From assembly GCA_022813965.1 (NCBI GenBank), contig JALDZS010000022.1, positions 124,001 through 188,000 on the forward strand: a DNA stretch of 64,000 bases, given 5' to 3'. The DNA is from Toensbergia leucococca. Its lineage: Eukaryota. Both the position numbers and the translations under genes were made by a program. Within the stretch, counting starts at the first letter, position 1. Each line of letters starts with the position of its first letter. The notes under the pieces are model-generated. The model was not told the origin of the DNA and ran no database searches. It saw nothing but the letters and a program-made list of their open reading frames with translations. This document shows, piece by piece, positions 24,571-37,371 of this stretch.

Positions 24571-25526
24571 TGGCGACTTGACTGCTGTAAAATGCTAGAC
24601 ACCCAACGTACAATGGGACAGACTGTCAGACGGCGAGATCCAAGAGAGCGAAATAAGTTAATTCCACCAATTCTACGAAGTATTTACTAGCGGGTATTCA
24701 GAGGTAAACAAAGCACTTGGCAACGCCGGGTAACGACGGTGACAATTAGCCCTCTTCCGCTCTCCCCTCTCTTCTGTGTCTCCTTGCCTTTTACGAATAC
24801 GAGTACAATCCTCCTCGGCATCATCTACACTTGTCATCATTCCTGAATGCGACGCGATTCTTGGTTTGTTAACAATCATGGATATTCTATTGAGAAGCCA
24901 CTTTATTCTAGACTTGTGCTTTGTTCCTGATGGGCTTGCCAAGCCTTCATACAGGCATTTGTGTCAACTTAGCTCCGAAGGTAACAAACAGTCATTGCTC
25001 ATCTAGAAGTTTCTCTGTGACTCCACGGATACTGGGCTGTGCTACGTGATGACTGATGAGCGGGAGTGGGAGTGGGGCTTGTGGCCTAAAGGAAGCTGAT
25101 GATCGAAACGCCTCATGGTCATGCGTGGCTTCCTTATCTCCCTCGACTCTCAACCGAGTCATAATACCCGCTTTTCCAAAGGGAGAGCTGCCCCAGCTGT
25201 CCCAGCTGCCTCCAACTCCCATCTCAGGCACCTGGCATTGCTGCGATTAAAGCAAGCTGTAAAGACTCACTTCAACCAAGTGTCATTCACTACTGCTTGT
25301 CGTCATTTCACATCTGTCGTGCTTTCTTTGTCTTCTGACTCAATCATCGCCTCCACCTAACAAAGAGACCAAAGGCATCCTTCTTCCAACCCACGTGTCT
25401 CTTTGATTTCTGAAACATCTTCCCTCAACCGCTTTCTGCTCTCTTCCTGTCTCCTATATCATCAGCCTACCTGTTACTTACTGCCTATTTCCCTCAAACT
25501 CCTCCGAAAGCTATCAACCTCCCGCC

Positions 25527-26131
25527 ATGGCTGCTAAACAGACCCTTGCTGCCACTATTTTGAATGATGCAGCTAAGGAGCACAAGCTTGAGCAAGATCG
25601 TAAACGTGAGCTTGATAACAAGCATAAATGGGCTTCGGGCGAAGCTGCACCCAGGCCTGGTCGATTGAGCAAGCGCCCTCAAAAGGGATCACCTCTTGCG
25701 TAAGCCCATAGATCCAATCGTTGCTCTTACCTATCTATTCTGACCGCGAATCATGCAGTTGGAACAGAATTGACTCGCGCGAAGCCGAATTCCAAGCTAA
25801 CAAAGCTGCCAAATCCGCAAAGATCGCCCGCAAACACGAGTCACTCCACGATAACGACATCACTGTCTCGGACTCTTCTGCTGAGGAGGACGTCAAAGAG
25901 GCCTCGGCCGCTCCTGTACCTGATGCTGGCATTACTTACTCCTACGATGCCCCCCGTGGTCCAGGTGGAGGAAGTCAGATCTTGAACATGGCCCTTGCCA
26001 AGGCCGTCGAGAAATTCGAAGTCAAAGCCACCGAGAAGCTGATCAAGGAAGAATACGAGGTCGTCCGCAAGGACAATGGAACAACAAATGACGGCTACTC
26101 CGCTGATGATGACGACTTTGAATTGATTTGA
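25527..26131 (+). CDS. Small hypothetical protein, 2 exons (intron ~25700-25759), acidic C-terminus
   Basis: ATG in ccgccATGG context. gtaagc..ctgac..cag intron restores the frame into ORF 25721-26131 (ITYSYDAPRGP..LAKAVEKFE..DDDFELI). Confidence 0.7.
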
Positions 26132-26595
26132 TAGCGTCTTACTACCTACATAGCTATCGATGCACACTGTCTCTTGATACAAACTTGTCTTTTGACTCTC
26201 ATTCTCTCTCTCGATGATACTTCACGGCGAATAGCTAGCGCGGGCAGCTTCGAAGTGGCGTTTGCATGCATTAGCTCAGGCGGATGACTCTTACTGTACC
26301 ATGCGCGACTTTTTTGTATTCTCATGTTTCACTTGGAACAGGGCAGTCAGTTCAGTGGAGGGAAGCGACACATGCTTGTCTTCTGGAGGCAGTCCTCGTT
26401 GTGATGCTTGATCGGCATCTTAGCATTTAATCAACATTCTTGTAAAACCGTCTGATGGGATCACAGTGTGACTACATTCACCTGCTCGCCACTCGCCAGC
26501 CGACGCTTCTACGGATCAGTCAAAAGCAACAAGTCTATCAGCCTATATGCCTGCATGTGGGTAAACACGTGTTCGCGGCGGGCAAAGCGACACCG

Positions 26596-27224
26596 TCAAC
26601 CGTTGTTGTCTTGCTCTGCCGCTTCCACCGATAACCCACTACCATCAGCGACATCGCTGGGCAGGTTGGGCGGAAACCAGCCAAAAGCCCCAAGATCGAC
26701 AGACAATTCACCTAGATGACCTGTCCCTACTATGACTCCCTCTCGGCGTAATACAGTCGCCTGTCGCTGAGCACCGCCAGGGCCTCTGGAGCCTGGTTAG
26801 TCGCCAGGAGAACTTTTTTGGAGGCCTTGAAACGAGTGTACCTTGGTGATATGATACCCTTGGCGTTAATGACTCGCTGCCACGGTACGTTGTCATCATG
26901 GAAGTAGTGATCGGAAGTTGCGGAGAAAGCTGGCAAGTGCTTCAAACACATTCCAACCTGCCTAGACTTCCAGTCACTTCAGTAGAATAGCAAACATTGG
27001 CAACGCATGACTTCTCTGACCTCGGGCACTCGGCTGAATTGTTGAAGTGTGTGTCAGTACTGAGTTGGTGGACCACTGTGCGCTGTATCCATGTTGACAA
27101 CCAACTTACGTTTTCCTAAGAGACGGGCAATGTGTCCATAGCTTGTGACCTTTCCGTGAGGTATCTCTTGTACTGCTTCATAGACAGCGTTGAACCACCA
27201 TTCGGCCTCATCAGAGCGTGCCAT
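26596..27224 (-). CDS. ATL1: Alkyltransferase-like protein (ATL, MGMT family with PWQRV instead of PCHRV); 4 exons including a 13-nt microexon 27021-27033
   Basis: Spliced translation MARSDEAEWWFNAVYEAVQEIPHGKVTSYGHIARLLGKPECPRQVG..VPWQRVINAKGIISPR. Confidence 0.87.
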
Positions 27225-28070
27225 CTAACCTGTTGAAGAAAAGAGAAACGCGCTTCGCGTTTCAAGAGAGAGATTTTTAATGCCCTCCGTAATTATGCAG
27301 TAGTTAGTCTAGCGTAGGCGGACTTTTTACAGGCGGGTATTGTTTTGGGGCCAGTAAGCTGACTTCATCTATTCATACAGGATTGGTGAAGATGATGACT
27401 CGGTAGGTCATGTTTTAGTAGAAGAAGAAAAAGGAAAAAAGAGAAAGGAAAATAGAAAGAGAAAGAGAAAGAGAAAATCGGTTTACACGCAGACTCATAT
27501 ATCACTATCCGCTCATACCCCCTTTCTATCACCTTTGACTTTCCTTTTCAGACCTCGAACTCATTTTACAACCTGTCGCATTTATCGCATAGGTGCATTC
27601 AAGGCTTTCACACTACCTATCCCATACGAACTCTTCCCCCTCCCTTTCGTTGCTCTGAACCCAAGCCCGCGCTCTTTAGATCAGACTCCCTCTCAACCCA
27701 ATTGGCTACTAGTCAGAATGCCCCCTTCGCACCCAGTCAAATACCAATTCAGTCTTTTGCATCCTGCCGTGTCAGTACCAAAAAAGGCCTGGTATGCGTC
27801 GAAATTTTTCATAGACAGTGGCTCAGGGAACTTTGTTTCGAAGTTTGAAGACGAGCTAGGCAGCTTCGAGGTCCCCCATGCAAATCGAAAGGCTTTGGAT
27901 TTCAAAGATCTGGAAAGACGCTTTGATAGGTAAAAACTTTGATAGATCCATGATAGGTATATAAAGGTGGTATAATCAAGAGGACCCAATTATTGAAAAG
28001 AGCCACATAACATTTTCAATTGATTTGATTCAGACGGAAGTCACGATCAGTAGATAATCAATTCATCATA

Positions 28071-28850
28071 ATGTCCTCCCCGCAAACCTTCCCCTTCCTC
28101 TCCCTCCCAGCAGAACTCCGCAACGAAATCTACGCTCTCGCTCTAACCCAACAGATAAATCTCACTCCCTCATCGGCCGACCCCCAGACGTCCCATACCG
28201 TCGCCCTCCTGCTCACCTCTCACCGACTCCACCTCGAATCCCTGCCCATCCTTCACTCCAACGCAATCTTCCACATCGACCTCACCTCCCCGACCGGCTA
28301 TCCCGCCTTTAAACGCTGCATCAGCAGGTTCCCCGCATCTTACCACCCCGCCTCCCTCAACCTCAAAATCTACGCTTGGGCTGAAACATCCCTTGCCTAC
28401 GACCGCGTCGAGTTTCGGGAAGTGTGCTTCAATGTTGCGGCTTCGGCAGCGATGACAGCGCCTGGGTACGCAGTAAGTTTTGAAAAGAGGGTGCGAGACA
28501 AGCGAGTTTGGGAGCATAAGGTGGAATGGGTAGAGAGGGGGGATGATGGAGGGTACGATGTTCTGGAGGACCTCGAGATGACTGTTGAAGCGGTCGCGAG
28601 AAAAAGCGGCTTTGGGACCATGGAATTGGAGGAGATTGTGGATGCCGTGTTCCGTCATACGGATTTGGTTTGTGTGAGGCCCCCAGTCAGGTCGGGGGTG
28701 ACGAAGAGGCGCATCCCGAAGAGAGCTGCGGGACAAGCAAAGGTGGTGAATGATGAGGAGTTTAGGGAGTACTATCCTTGTTATAGGAGGCACGGGTATT
28801 TCCCTCTGGGGAGGTTGGGGGTTTTCCCTTTCGGAAGGTCAATTTGCTGA
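28071..28850 (+). CDS. Hypothetical protein with N-terminal F-box/2EXR-like motif
   Basis: FPFLSLPAELRNEIYALAL motif; 259-aa open frame with ATG. Confidence 0.7.
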   Translation: MSSPQTFPFLSLPAELRNEIYALALTQQINLTPSSADPQTSHTVALLLTSHRLHLESLPILHSNAIFHIDLTSPTGYPAFKRCISRFPASYHPASLNLKIYAWAETSLAYDRVEFREVCFNVAASAAMTAPGYAVSFEKRVRDKRVWEHKVEWVERGDDGGYDVLEDLEMTVEAVARKSGFGTMELEEIVDAVFRHTDLVCVRPPVRSGVTKRRIPKRAAGQAKVVNDEEFREYYPCYRRHGYFPLGRLGVFPFGRSIC

Positions 28851-30085
28851 GGATGAGACGGATATCGCATGGGAAGTTTTTGGTAAGAGTGTGGTGGGTG
28901 GGGAAGGCTAGGTATGGAATAGTGTGGTCTTTCTTTTGGCCTGCAGGCGTGCTTTTCATGTTCTTCGTGCTGTTAGTTCATTGTATCCTGGGAGCTTGAT
29001 CTCTAAGGGTAATCTGATATTTGACACGATTGTATATGGACAGAAAATTAGAGACGCCAGAGCCTCATGATGCATTTGGTTTGAGCGCTTTGAGTTCCGC
29101 CCATATTCAAATGTGCTGCTCCGTTGCTCCTTTTCCAGACGTATTTGGTCTTCAGCTGTCACAATCTGGTTATTATCACAATCTGGTTATTATCACGGTC
29201 TGGACTCTTGCAGAACTTGTACCTTTTCAACGGCTATCTGTTCTAACCAGGTAGTCAAGTCGGTACGAAAGAGAGGCCATGACTCAAAACTCGAGTTGAC
29301 CCACTCTTCGCAGAAACAGAGAACAATAGAGGCATAGAGTTCGAGCCACATAGGGGCCGGCATAGTTGCGTTCAGTCTGATTCAGTAATTGCGATTGAAA
29401 CTTTGCTGGAATGGAAGCTAGTGGGGAATGAGAGTGCTAAAATGGTGATACTGGCGATAAAGGCTGAAGCGTGGTGAAAGCGGACGACACTAGGGTTCAG
29501 AAAGGGAATGCCAGAATATTGAAACTTGATGGGGAACATGAGGAGAGCTTGGATGGAGCGCAGAAGGCGATTGTTGATAGTGAAAATTGATGAAACATGT
29601 GATTTTCAAGTATAGAAGAAGGGCGAGCTGGAGTTTTTGTCCGAGACAAATGTATTAAGACTGTGACTGTGCTTGTTCAAACGAGAGACTTTGCAAAGAT
29701 CAAAGAAACCCAGTGTGGTAAATGAATTTTAATGCCTAGAGTAAGAAAAGGACGCAAACAGACTGTTGTCAATTGACTGCCAACAGGAACACAGTGCCTC
29801 CCTCGGGATGACTTTGTACGATTGTTAGTGTTTCATGATGAGTCTTGCTATGCAAACACCTCACACAATTGTACGTTGAGATACCGTGTAAGAAAAAGCC
29901 ATTGAGATGAAGACTGCGTCGCAGTGACAGATACGGATACACGAGAGACAGAGTAAAATACTCGTACCGTAAGGTATTCTAACCTGAGTCTGGCTAGCGT
30001 TGTGTATCAGTACGCTAAACTACCTTAGGGATGCTATCACATCGAATCATGAACGAACGGTTGATCACATCTTCATACCAAAATC

Positions 30086-31097
30086 ATGTCGCTGGCTGAA
30101 TACCTTGCAAAGAACTATCTAACGGCAGACTCAAAACCTGAAAAACTTTCCAAGAAGAGAAAACGAAAGGATGCAAAAGCAGGTGGTCTCATCATTGCCG
30201 ACGACGATTCCCTGGGCTGGAACTCAAATGGGGCAGCTAGGGACGATGAGGACGGGCCGTTGACGGGTAGTACTCTCTAAATGCTCTCCGTGTGCTAGAA
30301 CTGATCCTGCGTACAAAGTTGGCGCCAATTCTGCCGAGTTTCGCAAATCCAAAAGTAATAATTGGAAGATTATCGGCGCCAAGGCTCCTTCTTCCAGTGA
30401 TCAAGCAGCCGCAGACGCCATCATTGCCTCCGCCGCAGCAGAGTCCAACGCCCGGAAACTTGAAGACGAGGATGCCCCGGCTGTCGATGGCACAGTGAAG
30501 ATGGAGTCAGGCGCCCACGCCGGCCTGCAGACAGCCGACCAAGTGACCGCCCAGCTTAAGCGGAAACAAGCCGAGGAGCGCCAGCGCTTCCTTGAAGATG
30601 GAGACGAAGTGAGTGGACGAGGGAAAGAGACCATCTACCGTGATGCTAGCGGGCGTATCATCAATGTAGCTATGAAACGTGCAGAAGCACGGAAGAAAGC
30701 GGAAGAGGAGGCCGCAAAGGCTGCCGCAGAATTAGAAGCCCAGAAAGGAGATGTTCAGCGTGCCGACCGGGCAAAGAGGAAAGAGCAATTGAACGAGGCT
30801 AAATTCATGCCTGTCGCGCGGTATGCGGATGACTTGGACATGAATGAGGAACTGAAGGAGCGGGAACGGTGGAATGATCCTGCGAGTGAGTTTCTCGCTA
30901 AGAAAAAGCAAGGGAAAAGCGTAAGTGGGAAGCCGCTCTATACTGGGCCGTCGATGCCCAATCGATATGGCATCCGGCCCGGGCACAGGTGGGACGGGGT
31001 AGATCGGGGCAATGGATTTGAAAAGGAGTATTTTGCTGCGCAGAATCGGAGAAGAAATCTCAAGGATTTGGATTATGCGTGGCAAATGGACGAGTGA
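30086..31097 (+). CDS. BUD13: RES-complex splicing factor Bud13/Cwc26; intron 30267-30318
   Basis: [49 protein letters not shown]. Confidence 0.93.
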
Positions 31098-32823
31098 ATA
31101 CTTGACAAGGCGTGTTGCCTGTGGGAACTTTTGGGCTCATCTATACGTACAACGCTATGCGTCATAGCGTTTTGGCAGGTTCAGCAATGTTGTGGACTCC
31201 TTGGCATTGAAGAGCGCACGTCTAAAAGCGTTTTCTCAAGAGGCTCACTCTAAGTACTAATATTCTCATCACCGTCAGCATGGACTACAGGACATTACAG
31301 CTCGTTGTTTCTCTAACAGTCACCTTATCTATTCCATCGCTATGATACGCGCAAAGGAAAGATGTCGTCGATAGTGTGCGGGCAGAGCTGATAAAATTGA
31401 TGCATCTCACAAGATGAACGGGTCATGCAGAATGGTAGACTTTCATTATTAGAGCAGTCCTGACTGCATCTACAATGGACTAGTCACATGAGCGATACTG
31501 TCAGCTTCAACGACCACCTCAGCACCCTACCTGACTCCCTTTTAGTAGGGACCAATTCGACTGTTAAGACGACCTAGACAGGGATGACCAGGGTATCTCG
31601 TCCTTTCAGAGAGAAGCAAAGTGTAAGGGTTATAGGGTACGGAAAGTCTACGGATCGCATGATTGCCACAAGGACGAAGCCTTTGACGTATCTTTTGCGA
31701 GTGCTGCAAGCAAGCATACATTGAGAAAGCTACAGCCAGTGGTTTCAACAAAACCGAAAATCCTATACAGTTGAATAAAAATCAGACTTGCGAGATGGAT
31801 GCACTCTAGAGTATCAGCTCGAGAAAATGAGCGTGGGTAAATCCCTTCAATACCACGGGCTTTTGGAACACGATTTTATATCAATGCTACGGCTTACGTT
31901 GGGAAGGACAAATATTGAGGTACCTATTGCGAGTCCGAAGACAACAATTATTGGACTTGCTAGAAGTGAACACCTTGCGGGTACATACCTACTGACCTTT
32001 GCATCTTAGAACGCTAGTGTTCTGATGAATTTTGAACACAAAGCCCTAATGAATACACCAATTGAAATTCATTATGATTCCAGTCTACTCATCGATCCCT
32101 CTACAAGGATAGATATGACCACTCAGTCTCTTGCTGGGCTGTCACCACCCTGACTCCCCCTAAAATATCCCCTTTGAGACCGCGGTATGGTCGGTACTAA
32201 AACTTCAACAATGGTGTCCTCGATCGGTTTTTGTCCTGAATGAAAATTGTCAAATGCGCATCTCCTGTCAAATGTTTTGAAGACGTTTTGAGATGATTAT
32301 TTTCTACCGGTCAAAAGGTTTCTTTCCTCGGGGGTTGGTGTTTTGTGGGTTCATTTGACGGGTTCACGCACATTCCTCTCGATGGTCCGCTGGCATGCGT
32401 AGGGAGGAATAAAGCAGATTTGATAATGAGGGATTGATGGGTCACCCCGAAGGTGGCCCTTCTGTAAGAGCGATTCGTCAACCTACGACTGATAGGGGGG
32501 GGGATAATAGAGTACAGCATTGTCAGCAAGTACTTTTGTATGCTCCTGACAACAACATAGCTACACGACCTCTTGTAAAACAACAAACACAAGCTCCTGT
32601 TGAATCAACATACCAATTGAATACATCCAGACATGGATTCGGCATTTCCCGATTAATCATATCACATGGTATCATTTTCGTGTCGTGTACCAGCATCTAG
32701 GAGATGATTACTTGTAGCTTGTTTACCAGGCGTGCTTTTTGACCGCCAGCTGAAGGAGTAATGTTCCATCCTATGGTGGCACCTCCGCCAGAATCATCCT
32801 AGCCGTCTGATTACCCCACCTTT

Positions 32824-35116
32824 TCACTGTTCCTTCTTACCCTCCAAAGGCGCCATCTTCTCGATCATGCCTGCCCCAACCTTTGCAGACTCCTCCCATC
32901 CCCTCTGCCTCGACCAGAAATGATCCTGAGGTCCAGAGCTCGTCAGACTACTTTGACGTGCTTCCTCTTCCAGCGTTGCTCTTGTGATGTTTTCCTCCAT
33001 GCCGCTTAGCGGCAGGGCGACGGCGTCATCGCCGAGAGTCTCTTGCAAGTATCGTTTCCGTACCACGAATCGCTCTGCTCGTTCCTTTTGCATACCCGGC
33101 GAATCCATCTTGGAAATCGCAAGGCGGACAGCCATGCGGACGACGAGGTAGATGTGCTCGGAGAAGAAAATGGTCAGGAGGAGGGCCCAGCCCTTGATCA
33201 TGGCTGGCGTACCATCGGGGCCTAATCCATCATTACTGAACAAGTACACCAGTGCCGCGGATGAGATGCTTCCGAGCCAAGTCAAAAATCCCAAGCTGTC
33301 TAACCATGGGCCGATGCTATCGGCACGGAAAGGCGTAGGACGTTGCATTTCCACACAGATCTTCACAGCATCTGAGCGGAGCTCAATCCAGTTGTTGACG
33401 ATGAAGGAGATTGGGGTTAAGGGCCAAACCACAGAAAAGAGTGCGAGGTAACCGAACTGGATGATCATCTCTCTCAAGTCAACGGTCACGTCATACGTGT
33501 CGAGCTCAGCTTCATCGCGTACTCTTGCAAGGAATTCAGCCTCTTCCGGCAGATCGTTCAGGGTAGCACTGGGGGAAGCGCCCCCTTTCTTAGCAGCTCG
33601 CTCACTTTTCATTTCCTGATATTTATGGAAGCCTTTGCGCTTAACATATGGTAGGATGGTCTCCATAGCGAAATTCACAATCTGAGCCGTGACAGTGAAA
33701 TAGATTACCTGTTTGCGTAGCCTGGATGGATTGATCTCAAACCCAATCTTTGGCGTTGTGAGCTGCTTTTCATTCTCAGCGAACGGCCGGGCTGTCAGGC
33801 TGAAGACGTCTAGGTATGGTACAATCAAACTGCCAAAAGGCACATAAACAAAAGCCGTAAGAAATATTGGTAAATACGACGTGATGAAGTTTAGTATGAA
33901 TATTTTTTGTGTCATTGCTGAGTCATAACCGGCTGTGGTTTCCCAATTCTCATACACGTTGAGCCGTGTAGCTACACCAGTCAGTAAGGTCGTGAAGGTG
34001 GGCACCAGGACAGTCAAGAGGCCTGTTGGTAGGAATACCTAGGTAACGAATGAGCTCAGTTAAGTACCTTGACATTTCACATGTAGATGCCTTACCAGAA
34101 CACTTTTCAAAGGCCCATTGTACACCTCAGAGAGGAATATCTCAATGCCGAAACAGGTTGCGATCAACGTTCCCAAGGCCAAGCATGCTAGAATAGCAAA
34201 AGGAATCTGTAGGAGCTGCCTCGCCAGCCGCTTAGTAGCCGGAAATACCTGCACTGTCTCACCAGTGATAGGGTCCTTGACTTCCTTCTCGTGTTGGAAT
34301 TCTTTTCTTTTCTCCTGGATGGCTGAAACGCCTTTGACGCCCCAACGAACTCCAAGGTCCACTTCCTGTCGTTTCCAATATTCGACGAATGTAACGCACC
34401 AAAGACCGTTGATGATAGCGTAGATGGAAGAGAAATGGCCCAGCAGAACCCAAGACGAGAAACCAAAGGCAGCTGGGAAGATTAGGAACGCGAAGTATGA
34501 TTGTGTAAAGGCAAAATAGAAAGCAATTTTTTCGCCCAGGTGATCTCTTATCTGATCTAGGTCTTCGGCTTTGAGAAAGGTTATGGTGCTCCACTTCCTG
34601 ATCCATTCCTTGTTGAATGTACGGTCGTGGAGCGGAAAGAGGGATTCCACATTTTTCCATTGCCCTTTCTTAGGGGTAATGCCAGCACCACCTTCATCGT
34701 TAGGGCTTGTGATCATGTGATGGACGATTCGATAGCGCTCAGCGTCAGTCAAAGGCTGGGTAGTCAAGACATTTTGTGCCTCTCGATCAGGTTCGGCTGC
34801 TCGAATGCCATATAGCCAGTCCTTTACTCTTTTTAATACGTCGGCATCAGCAACAATCATAGGGGTGTGGCTCAAGCTAGAATTACCTAGATTGGTAGAC
34901 TGCGTTATTTAACTTTGAGTTGGAAGCAACACGGACGAAGATCAAAAGTGAGCAATTGTCGCCGTTCCTGACCTCAATGGCCAATCCCACACGAGCCAAT
35001 GCCTGCAAAAGCTTCCCCAGGCTCTCCTGTGCTTCTGCTCTCTCTGTGTCTGCAAAACGGTAAATCAGGACGTAGTCGACCTCAAAATTTGCATGCAGAG
35101 AACGAAGAGGAGCCAT
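32824..35116 (-). CDS. IST2: Anoctamin/TMEM16 family channel-scramblase (Ist2-like); introns 34829-34886 and 34039-34095
   Basis: FPLHD, IRDHLGEKIAFYFAF, EMIIQFGYLALFS..NNWIELRSDAVKI, RADSIGPWL; multiple TM helices. Confidence 0.92.
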
Positions 35117-35386
35117 GCTTGCCGATATGGCGGTGAGCTACGAAGGCTCAAGCCTTATGAGAAACGACAAGTTGGAAGATGGGATGAAGAACTTGGCAAG
35201 CAGATTATTATAGCACCACGTCATTGCGCTTGCGGCAAGGATTACAACAACATTGTACAAATTGTCCGAATATTTGAAGTAAGTACTTTGGGTCTTAAGA
35301 CCGGCTGAAGAAGCCAGCTTTATTCTATCGTCTCTCAGTCCCAATCTGTCCCGTTTCTAAGAGTCACCATCCCGAACTCCATCACC

Positions 35387-36355
35387 ATGCTCCCTTTTGT
35401 CAAAGCTCCAAAATCACCATTCGAACCCCCCTCTCTTCTCTTTCAATTCCTCTCGTCTCCTATGAAGCTCCTCGTGCGATACCTCTACGCTCTCTTACTC
35501 TTTCTTCGTGGACCGGCCTTCCACCCGTCCTCCTCCCCTTCACGTATCCGCCTCATTTGCATCTCTGACACACACAGCAAGAAGCCTTGTCTAATTCCCC
35601 TCGGCGATGTTCTTATTCATGCCGGTGACCTCACCAACCTAGGCTCGACCTCGGAAATCCAAGCTCATGTGGACTGGCTCTCCTCCCTTCCTCATCCCAA
35701 TAAAATCGTCATAGCGGGCAATCATGATAGCTATTTTGATTCGGCCTCACGATCCACAGCAGACGCCGACAAATCCATCCGTTGGGGTGACATTCATTAC
35801 CTTCAGCATTCGACTACCATTCTTGTCTTTCCGCGCCATGGCAACCGCAAATTGACCTTTTACGGCGCGCCTCAGATTCCTCAATGCGGAGGTACAGAGT
35901 TTGCATTTCAGTACCAGCGGTCTTCCGATGCTTGGTCCGAGACCGTACCAAGGGCAATAGATGTGCTAATTACGCATACTCCTCCCAAGTATCATTTGGA
36001 TCTATCATCAGGACTGGGCTGTGAATTTCTGCTAGAAGAAGTATGGAAAGCCAGGCCAAAGGTACATGTATTTGGGCACGTACATGCAGGTTACGGGCGC
36101 GAACATATTTTTTGGGATGAGGGGCAGCAGGCCTATGAACGAATTTGCGCACGTGGAGACAATGGCGTTCTAATTGACGTTTTAGCCGTCCGGGGTTGGC
36201 TAGTCGTGATTAAAATGATCTGGTACAGTGTGCTAGGAATTCTCTGGAGTAGAATGTGGGGAGGAGATAGCAAGGGGGGGATAATGATCAATGCTTCACT
36301 GACTTACGGGACCACATCCAAGCTCGAAAACCCGCCGCAGGTTGTAGACATCTAA
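35387..36355 (+). CDS. Calcineurin-like metallophosphoesterase (MPPED-like)
   Basis: Metal-binding motifs ISDTH, IHAGDLT, IAGNHD, ITHTPP, FGHVH; divergent from the anoctamin gene. Confidence 0.9.
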   Translation: MLPFVKAPKSPFEPPSLLFQFLSSPMKLLVRYLYALLLFLRGPAFHPSSSPSRIRLICISDTHSKKPCLIPLGDVLIHAGDLTNLGSTSEIQAHVDWLSSLPHPNKIVIAGNHDSYFDSASRSTADADKSIRWGDIHYLQHSTTILVFPRHGNRKLTFYGAPQIPQCGGTEFAFQYQRSSDAWSETVPRAIDVLITHTPPKYHLDLSSGLGCEFLLEEVWKARPKVHVFGHVHAGYGREHIFWDEGQQAYERICARGDNGVLIDVLAVRGWLVVIKMIWYSVLGILWSRMWGGDSKGGIMINASLTYGTTSKLENPPQVVDI

Positions 36356-37371
36356 TATCTTGAGCAACGCAGCAGCAGAAGAAAAAGACAGATCTACAAG
36401 ATATCCAGAAGAGTGCATCAAACCCTCGTTCTAGACATGCTTGACAAATCAGGAGCACGTCACCCTGTTTGATCTTCAAGCTCGTTTTCTAAATTTACAT
36501 TCGTCTACATCAATCGAGGACCAGCTCTCTCATCACACCCTTCCACGGCATACGATCTCCTTCCTCATTCATTTCAAATGAAATTTTTCATAAATTCTAC
36601 AGTATGTCACTCTCGGTCACGCGTAAACAGCTTGTCATTGCGTTTCATTAAAGTCCATTCGTGTATCACCGAGGCAAATCGTACCCCGAATCCAGCCTCC
36701 CTTGTCACATTGCCGGTTGTACTCTGCTGGTTTGGTCTGACCCGCTAGGCTTCATGCCTACCACTTTGAGCACAGTACTCTCGGTAGTATAAGATCTTTG
36801 TCGGTGCCACCCTCGACTGCTACTAAGGTGGTCGTTATGAAGGTACTGGGACACACAGCGGCTTGGTGTCGCTGGCGATCCTAACGTTGACGTAAATTAG
36901 TATCACAGCTATCCAAAGGCTGAGTTCCTCGCAATCGGAAGTCTTATATGAGAATTCAGATTGTGCATCGTTCTTGAGAATCCGAAGTAGCCTACTTATT
37001 GTGGAGATGCCCTGAAGACAACATTCTACTTACCTTACTTACCTACTCAGCGATATTGCAAGGCTTTACGCCATGTAGCCAATGTGCTCACTCGAGAGAC
37101 GACCAACTCTTAAGAGACGGCTGCATTCACTGAGAAAAAAATAGAAGAAAAGACGAATAGCATCGACAGCAACAATCAGTATCAAAGACTCATGCTCGTG
37201 TCAATTATTTCATGTTCCTACCTATTCATTTGTTTTAAAATTGTCACAATTGTTTCGCTGAAAACAAGTACTGCGTTTCATACTTGTAGGTAACCTGATA
37301 ACCCAGGCCTTAGCCCGGCCGAATATACACGGAGCCTTCGAAATAACATGGTGATTGGTGAAACACGTACC

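Noticed and set aside
25040..25110. TGATGA/CTGA motifs suggesting a box C/D snoRNA
   Set aside because: No terminal stem or recognisable rRNA guide could be identified by eye
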